The notes beneath the pieces are model-generated. The model was not told the origin of the DNA and did not search any database. It saw nothing but the letters and a program-made list of their open reading frames with translations. Positions 37,559-51,900 of a stretch of DNA of 64,000 nt are shown here, in pieces (the stretch's first letter is position 1; every line of letters starts with the position of its first letter). Position numbers and translations under genes: made by a program. Where the stretch lies: positions 124,001 to 188,000 of the IMG/VR virus record IMGVR_UViG_3300013093_000017. The stretch is one strand, 5' to 3'.

Positions 37559-39310
37559 TTAATATTTAATCATGTATCTAACCACATAGGTCGAAGTGTT
37601 CACCGAGTTCGATGGAACAATATTGTTTAAGTTTGGAACATTAAATGACGCAGGTCCTGTCTGTCCGTATGGCAGAGTTGTACCTCCTAATGCTGTATAT
37701 AGCGCACTGTAAATTCCACTTGAACTATAAGAGGCACCATCACACCATAACCATCCGGAAGGAGGAGTTGTACCAATAGTAGGAGATAACATTATAAATC
37801 CAGGATACACTATATTAGTATATACATCAGATAAGAAATTTTGTTTATTAATCTTATACGGTGTAGCAGTAGGTGATTGACTTGGATCTGATATAAGCAT
37901 TGTCCAAGTTCCCGCAGCGGAAGTTGCCGTTGTCTGCGCAGAAATCGAAGAATTATTTAAGGTAGCAACTAAATTAATCGCTTGTGTTCCGTTAAACGCC
38001 TGTTGATCAGCAGTAACCTGTCCAGATATTGAAAATGCTCTCGGGTTGGTTAATTGGTCAGCAGTGTATGCCGATCCTTCTAATCTTGTTGTGCCTGTTC
38101 CGATGTAATCAACCCACACTCTACGGAAGTGATTATCAATTGTTCCTAGATCATAGGTTGACGGTGTAGAAGGAATTATTGCTGCGCTGGTATTGGTTGA
38201 TGATACTGATATTGTGTCAACAAACGTTGAATTAGCAGTAACCGTTAGGTTACGATTAAGTTGTACATCACTGCCAACTGTTACTGAGCCAGTAACCTTT
38301 AATGCATTTGTAATTGTAGTAATTCCAGAAATTAATACAGTTCCATTAACATCTAATGTAGCATTTGGATTAGAATTAACGCTGTTAATACCAACACGTT
38401 GATTTTGTCCAGATATCGTTAATATACTGTTACGTATACCATTACTATCAATCTTAAAGATAATATTAGCAGAATCAGCAATATTTGTTATAACTGCATC
38501 TTGCCCTGTTTTGGTTAACAGGAAAGTAGACGAAGTTAATCCAATGCTTAGGCCGCCATTATTGTTTATTGTTAGTACTTCAGTTAATGATTGTGGTATA
38601 TCTTTTCTAAAGAAACTATTAGCTGAAATTACCTGTGTAGCAGGCACCGTTACCGCCAATGCTGCTGCCTGAGTAGCAACACCATTAAATGTTGGTGCTA
38701 TTCCGTTGTATAATTGTGTGCTTAGATTCACCCCCGGAGTTAATAAATTAAATCCTTCAATAACCGCAGATGGTCTAAATGAATCTTGAGCAATAATAGT
38801 AAGCACATTGCCATTAAGATAATTTTTGATTACGTAATGATATGCTCCGTCGGTTCCTAGAATCGAATCTGGATAATTACCAGTTTGATATGTTGAACTA
38901 AAACTTGGTCCAACTAAGGTAAAACTACTACCATTCCAAATGTTTAATTGATTATATGTTGTGTCAACCCAAATATCACCCAATCTAGCATTAGTAGGTG
39001 CTGTTAGTGTTCTAAATACTCCGCCTAGTTCTGGCGAATTGCTGTTTAAACCAGACCCGTCATTGATACGTAATCTTTTGTTTACACTGTCTGATGTATC
39101 ATACCAAAGTTGTCCTTCAGTGGTGTTAGTTGGAGGTGTAGGTGCTGCAAAATTTTCTAATAAATGTAATAAATCACTAGCGATCACTGGTCCAAATCCA
39201 GAAGCATTGCGGCCAACTAGGCCTATACTGGTACTATAATCAATAGTACCTGTATTGATGGTAATAGGTGTTTTAGAAAGATCTGAATGATTTATTGTAT
39301 ATGCTGACAT
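37559..39310 (-). CDS. Short tail fibre with tail-collar domain (paralogue 1)
   Basis: Same N-domain; C-terminal PPSGWLWCDG...FNVPNL...YMIKY collar motif. Confidence 0.78.
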   Translation of the reverse strand: MSAYTINHSDLSKTPITINTGTIDYSTSIGLVGRNASGFGPVIASDLLHLLENFAAPTPPTNTTEGQLWYDTSDSVNKRLRINDGSGLNSNSPELGGVFRTLTAPTNARLGDIWVDTTYNQLNIWNGSSFTLVGPSFSSTYQTGNYPDSILGTDGAYHYVIKNYLNGNVLTIIAQDSFRPSAVIEGFNLLTPGVNLSTQLYNGIAPTFNGVATQAAALAVTVPATQVISANSFFRKDIPQSLTEVLTINNNGGLSIGLTSSTFLLTKTGQDAVITNIADSANIIFKIDSNGIRNSILTISGQNQRVGINSVNSNPNATLDVNGTVLISGITTITNALKVTGSVTVGSDVQLNRNLTVTANSTFVDTISVSSTNTSAAIIPSTPSTYDLGTIDNHFRRVWVDYIGTGTTRLEGSAYTADQLTNPRAFSISGQVTADQQAFNGTQAINLVATLNNSSISAQTTATSAAGTWTMLISDPSQSPTATPYKINKQNFLSDVYTNIVYPGFIMLSPTIGTTPPSGWLWCDGASYSSSGIYSALYTALGGTTLPYGQTGPASFNVPNLNNIVPSNSVNTSTYVVRYMIKY

Positions 39311-39314
39311 TTAA

Positions 39315-39971
39315 TTAACTTCCGTTAGTTAGACTTTGAATTCTAACTGTGTAATCTATCTGTATCATTCTGTTCAATGCTTTTTGTACAGGATGGAAAA
39401 TAACATGAGTTAGCAATGGGCCTGTATTAGCACCAGCTGAACTGTATCCTCGCAATCCTAACTCATCAAACACAAATGTACCGTCTTGGTTTACGCTGGT
39501 GTCAAACGCTGCTTGACCACTTGGTTCGCCAAAGTCCAATAAGCAAGTAACTAATACATCCGAATAAGGTGTACCAGGTACATGACGAACTTCCATAAAG
39601 TTCCTAGATGGGTCAACATCATACGGACTTTGACCATCTACTATTTTGTAATATTGTTGGTTGTATAAGGCTGCATTAGATCCAACAGTGTTTGGTGTCA
39701 AATATGTAATAATGCCAGTTGGATCAACTCTACTACCACCGTTGCCAAATGCCATTTCAGAAATAAATCCACCGTTGTTTGAGATGCTGTTAGCCAATGC
39801 TATTGAAAAGTTTTCATAGTGAATAGCATTACGCTTGTCTACGAATACTTCCTTAGTCTCAGGATCATGTATTTTGATGTGTCCTTGGATACGTACTGTT
39901 CCCATTTCGTTAGGTTTTTTTGTATTATTTTCCATAGTTTCTTTCATCTTTTCAGTTTTAGACTTGTCCAT
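39315..39971 (-). CDS. Virion structural protein
   Basis: Lies in the tail operon; FDELGL...LLTHVIFHPVQK motif. Confidence 0.65.
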   Translation of the reverse strand: MDKSKTEKMKETMENNTKKPNEMGTVRIQGHIKIHDPETKEVFVDKRNAIHYENFSIALANSISNNGGFISEMAFGNGGSRVDPTGIITYLTPNTVGSNAALYNQQYYKIVDGQSPYDVDPSRNFMEVRHVPGTPYSDVLVTCLLDFGEPSGQAAFDTSVNQDGTFVFDELGLRGYSSAGANTGPLLTHVIFHPVQKALNRMIQIDYTVRIQSLTNGS

Positions 39972-42900
39972 AGTGATATTTATCCGGAAGGGCAGCCTGT
40001 CTATCTCGCAAGAACGTAGCTACTGCGCCAGTATCGTTCAATAGAGATGTTGCGGTACTTGCGTACCAATCTTTAGCGGTTTGTTGTACAAGGGTGATTG
40101 CAGTACCTGTGTTTAATCTGCCTGCAGGCACATTTAATGTCAGAACATTATTTGTGCCGGACGATGTGATAGTAAATTCAGGTGGTAGATAATTTAATCC
40201 CTGATACACAAATCCGTTTACCGCAGATAAATCTAGCGAGTTAGTATATACCCATACTTGGTTTGTTGATGTAACCAAATAAGCATTACCTATCACAGTT
40301 GTATTAGGTAGCGCAGTTGAAGTAGAAATTGTTCCTACAATAGTAGCAGTTACATTGTCGTATAATACCGACATATCGTGAACATACATTCCATCTTTAC
40401 GTAGTGGTATACCACCTTGATATACGCGAACTTGGTGTACAGATGCAGTTGACGTATTGAATACTATGCCATTACCTTTGGTGTTGGTCATATTCTCAAT
40501 TACATAGGCAATATCTAATGGGCTTGGAACTACAGCAGTACTAACATTCACAGTTTCAGTATATGGCATTATTTGACGCACACCCTGATCTAATACCTCA
40601 GTACCTACTGGATAACCATCTCTTGCTCCGGTTCCTAATGTAGCACGTTTAAGTCTTGATAATGTATTGCCACTCATTGCCATATATTCAATACGTTCGC
40701 CAGCAATTAATATAACGCCTGGAGCATTTTTTGCTGGATTAGGCACTGATAAATCGCTTGCCTCATCTACCACAATTGTAGTAGAAGTAGTATATAACGG
40801 CTCAGCTAGATTTGTACTATTTGTTTCGCTTATGCGTTTGAATGTTGTACGATTTAATATATCTTTAAATTGACGATATGCTATCACTGTGTTATCTGAC
40901 ACATCAGTCATACTCATTACAACTATTGTATCAGTAGATTGAATTGGATAATTATCATCAACAACTACTGTTTTATTATCAGTATCGATATAATAATCAA
41001 GACCGTTAGTTAACGGTGTTCCGTTAATTGTTACCCATACATAATTGTCATTAAGTACCGCACGATTCATTGTGTATCTTCTTAATGTTCCTGATGTGAA
41101 TACTTCTGTTCTAATCATATCACTATCTTGATTTGTGTACGTTGTGACTTTAAGTATTCCGCCTTCTGGAATTGCAAGTCTGTTGGTATTCAATATAATT
41201 TGACCATTATCAAAATAGTACTGACTATAAACAGTATTAGTAATTGCAACCGCATCACCTGTTTTCAAGATGCCTGGACGGAATACAATTAATTTATTAG
41301 GTTGATCTAAAATAAAATCAGCACCATTTTGAATTTGTATTCCGTTGACAAATACCTGCAATGCGCCTAATGAAAATACGCCTGCTGGATAATTGCTGTT
41401 TGGATCAATTTCAAATACCGTTTGATTAGCTGCCGCAGAATAATATGCAGTGTTTGGTGGTATTAATCTAAGTTTATTCAATTCAACAATTGCTTGAGCA
41501 TTAATTGGTCCAATCACGCCAGGATACTGGGTAAGAGTATACGCAGTAGTAGCAGATGATGTAACAAATATTTGGTCTTTTACTTCACTGTAGCCTTTGT
41601 ATGCTGCTTCGAATACCCACACCTGTAATGTATTTGTACCTGTTAATCCCGAAACAGTAACACCTTTACCATTTAATTTATATTGGTCTGATGTTATTGG
41701 ATTACCATTTAATGTTACATATAGACTTCCAATATCTGCCAATGGTACTCCTACTGGGACTGTAATTGAAGATTTAGTTGATGTAGCATAATCGTAAGAC
41801 GAGTACGCTGCACCTCCAATTCCTACGTTAGTCACAGCAACTACTCCTGTTGAAGTTTGTGTAGATATTGTAATAGTATTATTATTGAAGTCAATAGTAT
41901 AATCGGTACCGTAGTTTAATATACCGCGATTATATGATACCATTAATGATGATGTATTTGCTGGTAACATAGACAACGAAACAGTAGTAGAAGTTGTTGT
42001 TGTGCTTACTAAGAATGTATTCTGTGAGATCATAGGTGATCCACTCGGCACTCGGGTGTAAACACTAATACCAACACTTTCAACTACTTCGCCTGGTACT
42101 AATTCTTCAGGACCGTGGCTTACATTTGGCGATAAGAATTGATCTCCATCAACAATTAGATCTTCTGGATTTAAACCAGTTGCCATTGTATAGGCTAGAT
42201 CACCACCGTCGATAATAGTATCAAGTGATGCTTCACCATTGCCACCATCGTCCCATGCTGCTTCAGTAAATGGTAACATGTCCCAGTTTGAAGTGTAGGC
42301 AAATGGCAATGTTTGAATTTGTGTACCTGGATAATCTACTCCTGTCATTACTTGAGCAGGATCTGCTCCTGGCATACCATCCGTCGGTGCATAGTAATCT
42401 TGAATACGATCAGCAGCATGGTATAAATTAATATTTTTGTTGTAGGTAATATCTAATATCTGTCCTTTATTAGGAACAGATGTTAGTACCAATGTAGAAT
42501 ATAATTTATGATATCCGTTAGATACTTGTGTATAAGTTACTATATCATAATCTAAAGCAAAAATCTTAATACCATCTAATGTGATTTCAATTTCTGATTT
42601 TTTGTTTTCAGCTGCCCAAGATAGAGGGAATTGATAAGTGCTGCCATCACAGAAGAACTGATCTGCGGCCTGCTTATTACCAATCTCTCTAAGACCAGTA
42701 ACACGGTCAAATCGTATATCAATTTTATTAGTACGCACTTTTCCGTTGGCTAATTGAGCATAGGCACGAGCTTGTACAACACCAGTCGACCCGCCGCCAG
42801 TTAATACCACAGTAGGGGTTTGTGTATATCCACTGCCGGGATTGGTTACCTCAATTTCAATTACCTTGCCTAATGATATATAAGCAATTGCAGTAGCAGG

Positions 42901-45900
42901 GTCTGTGATTGTATCTCCTGCTGCTGGAATAATCTGTACATTAGGTACTGATGTATATGTTCCGCCACCGTCGGCTACAATGATGCTACCAACTGTGTAC
43001 TTGTAGTTATCGGCCCATCCCTTACGTGGATATACATTAAGAGAAGCATCACCTAATTCAATAGGAACAAATGTATCTGTAATATTATCGTATATTGCAG
43101 GTAGGTCGAAGTCAGTTGTATAACTTTGTGTTGGTTCTACAACATCATATACTACTTGGAAGTTACGTATTTTAGTATGGTAAGGTTTAACTTCATTTAG
43201 ATAATCTTCATAGTATTCACTATTTTGGAATTTAAATACCGAACGTTGATCCAGCGGACCTGCTAGATTACTTACATTTATAAACGCAGTTTTGAATGCC
43301 CAGTCTAAGAATATTTGTTCGCTCATAGCATAGCGTACTGCTTTAAAGAAGAATTTATTCCAATAGACTTTTAATGGTCCAACGAAGATATCTTCTTTGA
43401 TTGCCAGTAATACGTTTTCTAATTCTGATTCTGCACTTTGGTCATATAATGTTTGATCAAATGTATATAGGTAGTCAAAGTTGTATGTTGAATCTGTAGT
43501 ATTCCATAAAGATTCTTTAAATTGTATTGTACCTTTTTCGCTGTAGACTAAATCATAAGCATCATCAAATGTTCCATTTGAATCAACCTTGGCTAGAATA
43601 ATATATCTACCATTGCCCTGATTATTAACTTTAACATAATCACCAGTAGATGGAGATATTGTAGCTAATAGGTAAGGTTGGTCAACAGTTGTTACCAAAG
43701 GTTTCAATGGATCAAACGAGGTAGCTTGCCAGTCAACATAATCCCAAAATAATGTAGTATCGTAATCTTGGGTATGTGATCTATTCCATTGGTTATTATA
43801 CCATTGATATTCTGCCCATCTATTTCCGCTGGTCGCATCAACTGTTACTATTACAGTATACGGTCTTACCACCAGTATTGGTGTTTCTGTGTAGCCGTAT
43901 CCAGAATTAACTATTGTAGTGCTAACTACTCTACCTACAGAATCAATCTCAGTAGAAATAACAATACCGCTGGTGTCATTCAACACAGCGATAGTTGGCG
44001 CAATTAGGTATCCATATCCAGGATCTTCTATGCTTACACCTGTTACTCTACCATCAGTAATTTGACAAGATACTGCTGCTTGTTTAAAGTAGATAGTTGT
44101 AATTTCGTACAATGCCTGTTCATTATCAACTTGTTGATCATATAATCCAGTTTCTACATCAGGTATAGGATCTTTAGAATTTAGATTTGTAAAGTTAATA
44201 ACATCAGTTACAATATTTTGAGATAATACTGTGTTGGTGTAATCAATTGCGTTACGTAGCGCACCAATTCTATCTTTAAATAATCCTTGGCGAGGACGAA
44301 TGCTTACACCATATTTGATGCGATCTGATAAACTAGGATCAGGTACAGGATTGCCAAGACTATCACGCCCTAATAAACTATCCATTAATTTCTTTTCAAG
44401 CAATGCGTTAGGCATACTGTTAACATCGCCGTCTGCTAATAACATCCATTCGGTGTGTTGATTAATATCATTATCGATATCATCTTCGGCTATGTTAAGA
44501 TAGATATTATTTTGTGATAATGTTGAAGTAACATTAGTAACCGCAATACTATCAGCAGCTAATACAGAAATGTATTTCATTCCGTATGCTGAAGGATTGT
44601 AAATTAAATTAGCAACATCATTTGCCGAAATCTTACGGAAATCTGCTGCAGGAATTGTTACTTTATTTTTTACCCAATAGAAGTAAACATTAGTAGTACC
44701 ACCTGTTGTGGCATTATAATATTGTTTAACGCTGATTACTGAATTGTCTGCGTATTTAGGTTGACCGCTAATTCCTTTAGCAAGGCCGTCTACAGTATCA
44801 GCTAGTGAGCTCCACTGACTCGGTAAGTACTCGCTGCTTACCCATTCGTAAACATCAATACTTGCTCCTGGGAATAAAGTACCCCAAGAGTTTTTTCTAT
44901 ATTCAAGATCACTTTGCTCGTACCAGGTGTATTTTACAGTGCTTAGATCCCACCATAGTTCTCCTAGGTGATCTTCAATCCAGCTGGTATTTGTATCTAC
45001 TACTACCCCTTGAACCCCAATACTGTATACCGCAGGGTCAAAGGCTGTTTTGTATCGTACTTCTTGATCAGCAATACCTACAATACGACCTTTTGCTGGA
45101 TCAACTATATCTAGATAATCAAGAACCTGCTGACTTAATGTGTCAATAGTGATAGCACGTTTAACTTTAGATAGATCAACAAGGTCATCTTGTGATCTAT
45201 AAACATTCCAACTGTTAATAGTTACGTCTTTTTTAGCAAATACATACGCACTACCGATTGTGCTATTTGAAACAAATTTGCCAGGAGTTCCTACTAATAC
45301 TGTGCCGTTGTTAACTGCAACACTATTACCGTATTGACTGTTGGCCACAGGGGAGCCTGTTGCAGGATCTATGTTAAGAACATTGTCATCAAATAATTCT
45401 TCAGCATAGATAAATTTATCATTGTATCTATTGAATACATAGACAGCACCTGATCCTTTAGCGGTATCACCAAAATGGCAAGTTCCATTATCTAAAGTAG
45501 TTGCACCTTTATCAAATGTTATATCAATAAATTTATTATCACCGTGACCAGTTACCGTTAATAATTGTCCTAGATCATCGATTGCCAATGCTTGACCAAA
45601 ATTAAGATTAACATCAGTAGATGGATTATCTAATGTTTGATTTAATACATATTGTGTAGCAGTATTTTGTTTATAGATGAAAACCTTGCCTACATTAGTT
45701 TTGCCATCATTAACACTAGTAGATGCCACAAATAGGTAAGTGCCATCATCTGACATTAATACTGTCGATCCAAATCTGTCACCAGTTTTACACACGCTAG
45801 GTGCTGATATAAATTGTGCTTGTACAAGATTAGTAGTTCCGCTGGTAGCAGTTGAGTAAACATAAACACCGCCGATATTACCGTTTGTTCCTGGAGCAGA

Positions 45901-48900
45901 AATTGCTACCATTGTACCGTCTGCGCTACCGCAAATTGAAGCACCTACTCTATCACCTTGTGTATTTGATGGAGTTATTGTAATTGGGGAAGATTGTACT
46001 ATCGTTGTATCAGTTGACACAATCGACACATTATAAGCATATATCGCACCAGTTGAGGTATTTTGACCAGGTGCGCCAACTACTAATAATTTATTAGTTG
46101 AAGTAGTTTTGCTTACATATAATCCGGCACCGTATTCGCCAGGGTGAACGTTTGGATTTGTTATCACTGCACCAGTGCGGTGGATTTCACTTTTTGTAGT
46201 TCTGTTAATTCCAGAAATCTTTATTAAATCAACAGCAGGGGCGCCGGCAAATATAGAATCTGTTTCGATGTCATATATTAATGTTGCGCCAAAGTTTGTT
46301 GCTACAGATTTGCTGACTGTATTATTAACGATAGTATCATCAATACCATAATTTGTAATAGGAGTTAATATGTTATCTGAATATCCGTACACAAATATGC
46401 GACCATATCCGTACGATGCACCGTAATATCCTGTCGGAGCAGAAATTGCCACAATATTTGCAGTGTCTTGAGTAGCAACACGAGATCCAAATCCTTGACC
46501 AGTTATTGATAGACTAGGAAGTGTTTCGGTAGATGTGCTATAATTGCTAGCTTTTTCATATACTGCCCATTTGCCAGAATTATCACTGTCAACCCAAACT
46601 AAATCACCGTTGTTAAATGATATTGTTTTTTCTAGTTCAGCAATATTATCAAATTGTGCAGCACGCACGCTAACAAATTTAAACATCAATGCCTGCACAG
46701 TTGAAGGATTCACTGAGGCTAATGTAGTTGATATTGTAAATGTTGTCAATGACGGAATAGTTTTAATTACATAAACTCCGTCTGACCCGTTGTCTAATCC
46801 GTGAATAGATACCACATCACCCACTGATAAATTATGGAATATATCAGTTGTAAATGTTAATTCTGACGATGGAATTGTTACAGCAGAATCGACTACTTTT
46901 GGTTTTTGAATAGTATAGCGATACACATCCCATTCACCGTCATTGCGGAATCCTAACCAAATTGTATTGCCATCTTGGATGTTTCCATTGTTAGCAATAT
47001 CAAGTAAACTGTTTGTATTATAAGCAGTAGCAGTTACATCATCAGTACGAACATATCCTGCCACAGGCATTATAATGTTGTTGTCGGCATAGGTAGATGG
47101 TGTTGTAGAAAACGCAGTGTCCGAAGTGTATGTATCACTTTCCATGGTTAAATCAGTAGGAACAATATATGATATTACATCATTTGGTAATACTGGCGCT
47201 GTATCCACAAATTTAATAATCTGTGAATTTTCGCGGAAGTCTGCTTCACGTAGAGGAAACTCTAATTCATTATAAGAAACAAAATTACCATAATTACCAA
47301 CACGGAATGCCCACTCTTCTTTATATTCAATTTGCCCTTGTAGGTTATGAATACTTGCTTTAGCTAATTTAGTAATAGCATTTTGTGTGCCTTTTTCTCG
47401 AATAAATCCTTGATAGAATTTATATTGTGCAATCGGATTAACAAAGATATTATCTAGATAAGTACGTGGTGTATAGCCAATCAAATGTTGTGCCATACGT
47501 TGCTGAGCAACATCAAAGTTATCAATATCTAAACTATAGAAATCTTCAAACTGATTAATTTTATAATCAAAGTTTGGTAGTAATTGTGCTACTGGTTTAG
47601 ATCCTAGTAAATTCCAGCTGTTGAAATCAAAAGATGGTGCACCAGCAATATTAACATTAGCTGAATAGTAATTACCTACATACTTAACAATATCAGCAAC
47701 TTGATAGTCAGTATACTGTGCCCAATCTGAAATCTGTGCATCATCGTAAACAAAGCCCGGACTTAGGAATTCTCCGTTCCAATCAGCAGTTCTAAATCCT
47801 GTCAATTTAATACGACTTTGACGGTATCCTGTTTCAATGTCATATATAATATCATTAAACATACTTTTATTATTCATTACAATTGCATGTTCTTTTTGTA
47901 CAAGATTTAATCTAGCAAAGAATATTCCATCTGTTGTATTCTTAGTCTTAATAGTACATATACCACCTTCGCGGCTTAATGAAAAATTAGCTGCTGGAAA
48001 TACCTGTCCAGTGGCTTTGATTAAACTATATTCATAGAAACTGTTAAGAACATTGTCAACTACAGCATCTGTAAATTGATACTTAATAACATCTGCAAAA
48101 GGACTTAAAGTGATTACTGAACCGTCTGCCCAGTTTTGTGTAGACCAATATAGAAATTCTTTTCCAGTGAAATTCCAATCAATGACTTGATTTAGATCAG
48201 CATTGTATTCATCAAATATAAATCCCTGTGACATTAGCCACTGACCATATCCCATTATTAAATCATATACCTGTTGAATAGTACTATATTGTGTGCCGTA
48301 TGGTACTATTGTTTCTGCCGGATCGTACTGTTTAGTAACTAGAACCGATGCTCCGCCTACTGTAGACAGTTGTTTAATTGCGGCATAATATGTTGAAGTA
48401 AATGTTGCTCCAGAATTATGACTGCTGATTACTCTATAATAAACATTGCTATAGAATACAACCTGTCCTGCTTGATAGAATGAATTAGCAGTCCAAACTA
48501 AGAATGTTTCTGATTTGCCACCAACTGTGATCGCACTACCATTTGCCTGATGCAAAGGTTGATTAATAGTAAAATACGGATAGCGTTTATCATATCCCTT
48601 AACTGCAAAATAACCGTTCTTTTTCTCTACAATAATTCCAGATATTGCAGCAGATTTAACAGGGGTACTTACATTGAAATGCAAGGTGTAATCTTCGTTA
48701 GGTAGTAATACTCCAGGATTTGCTGTGTTAGGACTGATAGAATCAATTGTGATTTCTAATTTATCTTTACTTAAGAATCCGCCTGCTTTGTAAAATAAAT
48801 TAAGATTAACTGATGCTAGATCATTCTTAAGAGTGGTTAGATAATTTGAATTACGTTGACGACCATTTTCAATTAGCCAAACACTGTATCCCGATGCTAG

Positions 48901-51900
48901 AATAATATTACCGTTAGAATCTGTATCAGTGTATAACAACATTTCTGATGGGTTTAAGAATGTTTCATTTGCACCGTAGTTATATTGTCCGGTAATATCC
49001 AATTCCATTCTGCTGGTATCAAACATCATTGCGGCATAGTCAGCTGGCTTGGTTAATGCCATGATAATCTGCATGGCAAATGGCCAAGCACTAGAACGTC
49101 TCCATGCTGTTTCAGCAGGACCGTGATCGCCAAATGCCCAGTCTTGTTCAGTATTCATTATAGAATCATTTAGAGCAATACCTGCCCAGTTACGTATATC
49201 AATAATATTTCCGCTATCATCAACTGGAATGGCCTGACTCAATCCAGGACGAGCATAGGTTGGATCTACAACGATTCCAGATGGAAAACGTTTAATACCT
49301 GCTTCAAGATCTTGCCATAGGTTTAAGTTACCAGCAGTATACGGTGCGGCACCATATTCTGCATCCCACCATGTTGGTTTAATTGTAAACCCAAGCATTT
49401 CCCAAGGGCAGGTGTCTGGACGATCTGTATCAAAATACAATTTGTAAATTGCACGCCAGTTACCAGGTAATGCATTACCTAATACCAGATCACTGACAGA
49501 TTTGTAATTGTATGTCTTATGATTGTTTACATCATACGTACTATTTGTAGCAAAGTCTATTCCGTAGATACTTGCCCACTTCAAGAAATCGCCCTGTACA
49601 AGATTATAAATTTCAGCATAGTTATATTCCGAATTTCTAAATACGTTTGGCAATAGATCGTGAATATCTAAAAGATTTGAATCGTAAGTTACCTTTAAAT
49701 TATTGTAGATTCTTGTTTCATATTCTAATAATGCTAGATCGCGATAATCATCTGCTTCGTTGTAAGCAGAAAATGCCACTGTTAAACTTCCATCGTGGCC
49801 TTGGATAACTTTTTGCGGACCATTGGCATAGGTGTTATCAATATAAATTTGTGGTTCATATTTTGGGAATAGACCTAATTTAGTCGGTGTAGGCGGAATG
49901 TATGATCCTACTGTAGATACATAATCTTTAATTGTGATTACATCACCTTTGTTTAATGCTGTGATGATATTCACTCCAGATTCGTATGCTGGAAAATTAT
50001 AATCTTTACCATATACTAATTGTTTGGTTACACCGTTAGAAGTAAGATATACTAATACAGATCGATCACTCAGTGCAGTCGCTGAAAACGCAGAAGTAAT
50101 CGAATAATGTGTGTTGCGAGAATCAGTTACTGTATAAGTGCTGGTAATATTATTATTGCCGTAGCCTAACATATCGCTATGAGCATAAGGGAATGACGAA
50201 TTCTTATTTGAATTCATTTCAGTTAACGCTTGATCTAACACTTGAACTGGCATTGTATTGCCAGGTGCTTTGGTAATAAAATTAATTAGATTTAATCTAA
50301 ATTGATAGTAATCGTCAGATGCTTTTCTTGTAGCATTAATTAAATTATGTTCAGCATCGGTTATAAAGCATTGAGCAAATGTTAGTGGATTTTGATTACT
50401 AATTAATCTAGATCCATATTTTGTAATATTAGGTAAACTCTTTAGATTGCTACCATTATATTCCGGATCAGCATCAGTCATTGATGTAACGTGATCTGTT
50501 AATTCTGTAAGTGTGAAACTTGATATAAATCCGTTCAAAGGATTATTGGTTAAATTAATTGGTGTTTCATACACCCCAGTGCTATTAGGACTAGATGCAG
50601 AATAACATTTAAACAATACACGCACTGGTGTAGAGGTTCCATCTAATGCAGTGGTAAATGTTACGAATAATTTCTTACCACTAGTAGTAAGTGTATAATC
50701 GGTTCCTGCTTGTTGTTTGGTATTATTAACAAATACAGATACCGCTAGATCAGATATACTAGTTGGATTATCAAATACAGTAACTTCAATACTAGATTGT
50801 ACGGTGGTAATAACTTGGAACTGTTCCACAGGGATAAGATATTCTGCACCAGCAGTCCACGCATTTTCATAAACAGGTGTGCTATTGTTAATGCGAATGT
50901 ATGTTTCTACAGTAGGAATAGTAGTGGTAGTTCCTACTAGTGTAATTGTGTCATTATTTAGATAATTGTCAAATAAGTAGGTACCAACTGTACTAATACT
51001 TTCGGATGTGTATTGTAATGGAAAGCCTAGAATAGAATCCGCTGTGCCTGAGCCTACCGCATATCCAAATATTTGATTACCATAAAAGTCAGAATTGTAA
51101 TATGTTGGATCGCTATAACTATGGCCGTTTTCATCAAACAGATCAAATAACGGTGCTTGATTTATTGCAGTACGTTGTTGACCTTTAATCCAGATAGTGC
51201 CATTGTAATACCAAGATGTTCCTTCATTTACTGTGCCTGATTTAACAACAACCGCATCACTCTTAGAAGGAGATAATATCTCAGTTAATCTTGTTTTTTG
51301 TTTTCCATTAAATGTTGCAATGTTAACTTGGAAAATCTTTCCCTGCACCATTGGATCAGGATCAGCATTGAAAATAACCTTGTTGCCATCTTCTAATAAT
51401 ACACCATCGATATAATATCCGTATGTACCTTCTATGATAGAAAATGCATCAGTGGTTACTTCGTCAATGAAATCAACTGTATCAATAGCTGTTGAACCAA
51501 AATTCCAAAGCTGGATATCTGGTTTGAATTCAATAATAGGACGGGCACCGCGTTTATCTGCAGGATAGTTTGCGGTAGTCCCATTAGCTGCTGCTGAGGC
51601 TGTTATTACATCAGTATGTACCCAACGATTATATCTTGACCAAGGATTTAAGTCTTTGCTTGCTTTGTTGATTGTGATATAATCAGGTGTCTCTGGAATA
51701 TTCTTAAAGTTGTCAAACGGAAAATCATCAAAAGGTGTTCCGTCAAAATTTGTATCATAGGTTGTATTAAGATTTAACGGAGTTGTTAATTTAGTAAAAT
51801 CAACTAGACGAATTCCCGAGCCAATGCCTTCTACAATATATTCGTTATTAGCATAAGTTGACGGAGTTACATTGCCAACAAATTTCACTTTCATCCCATT

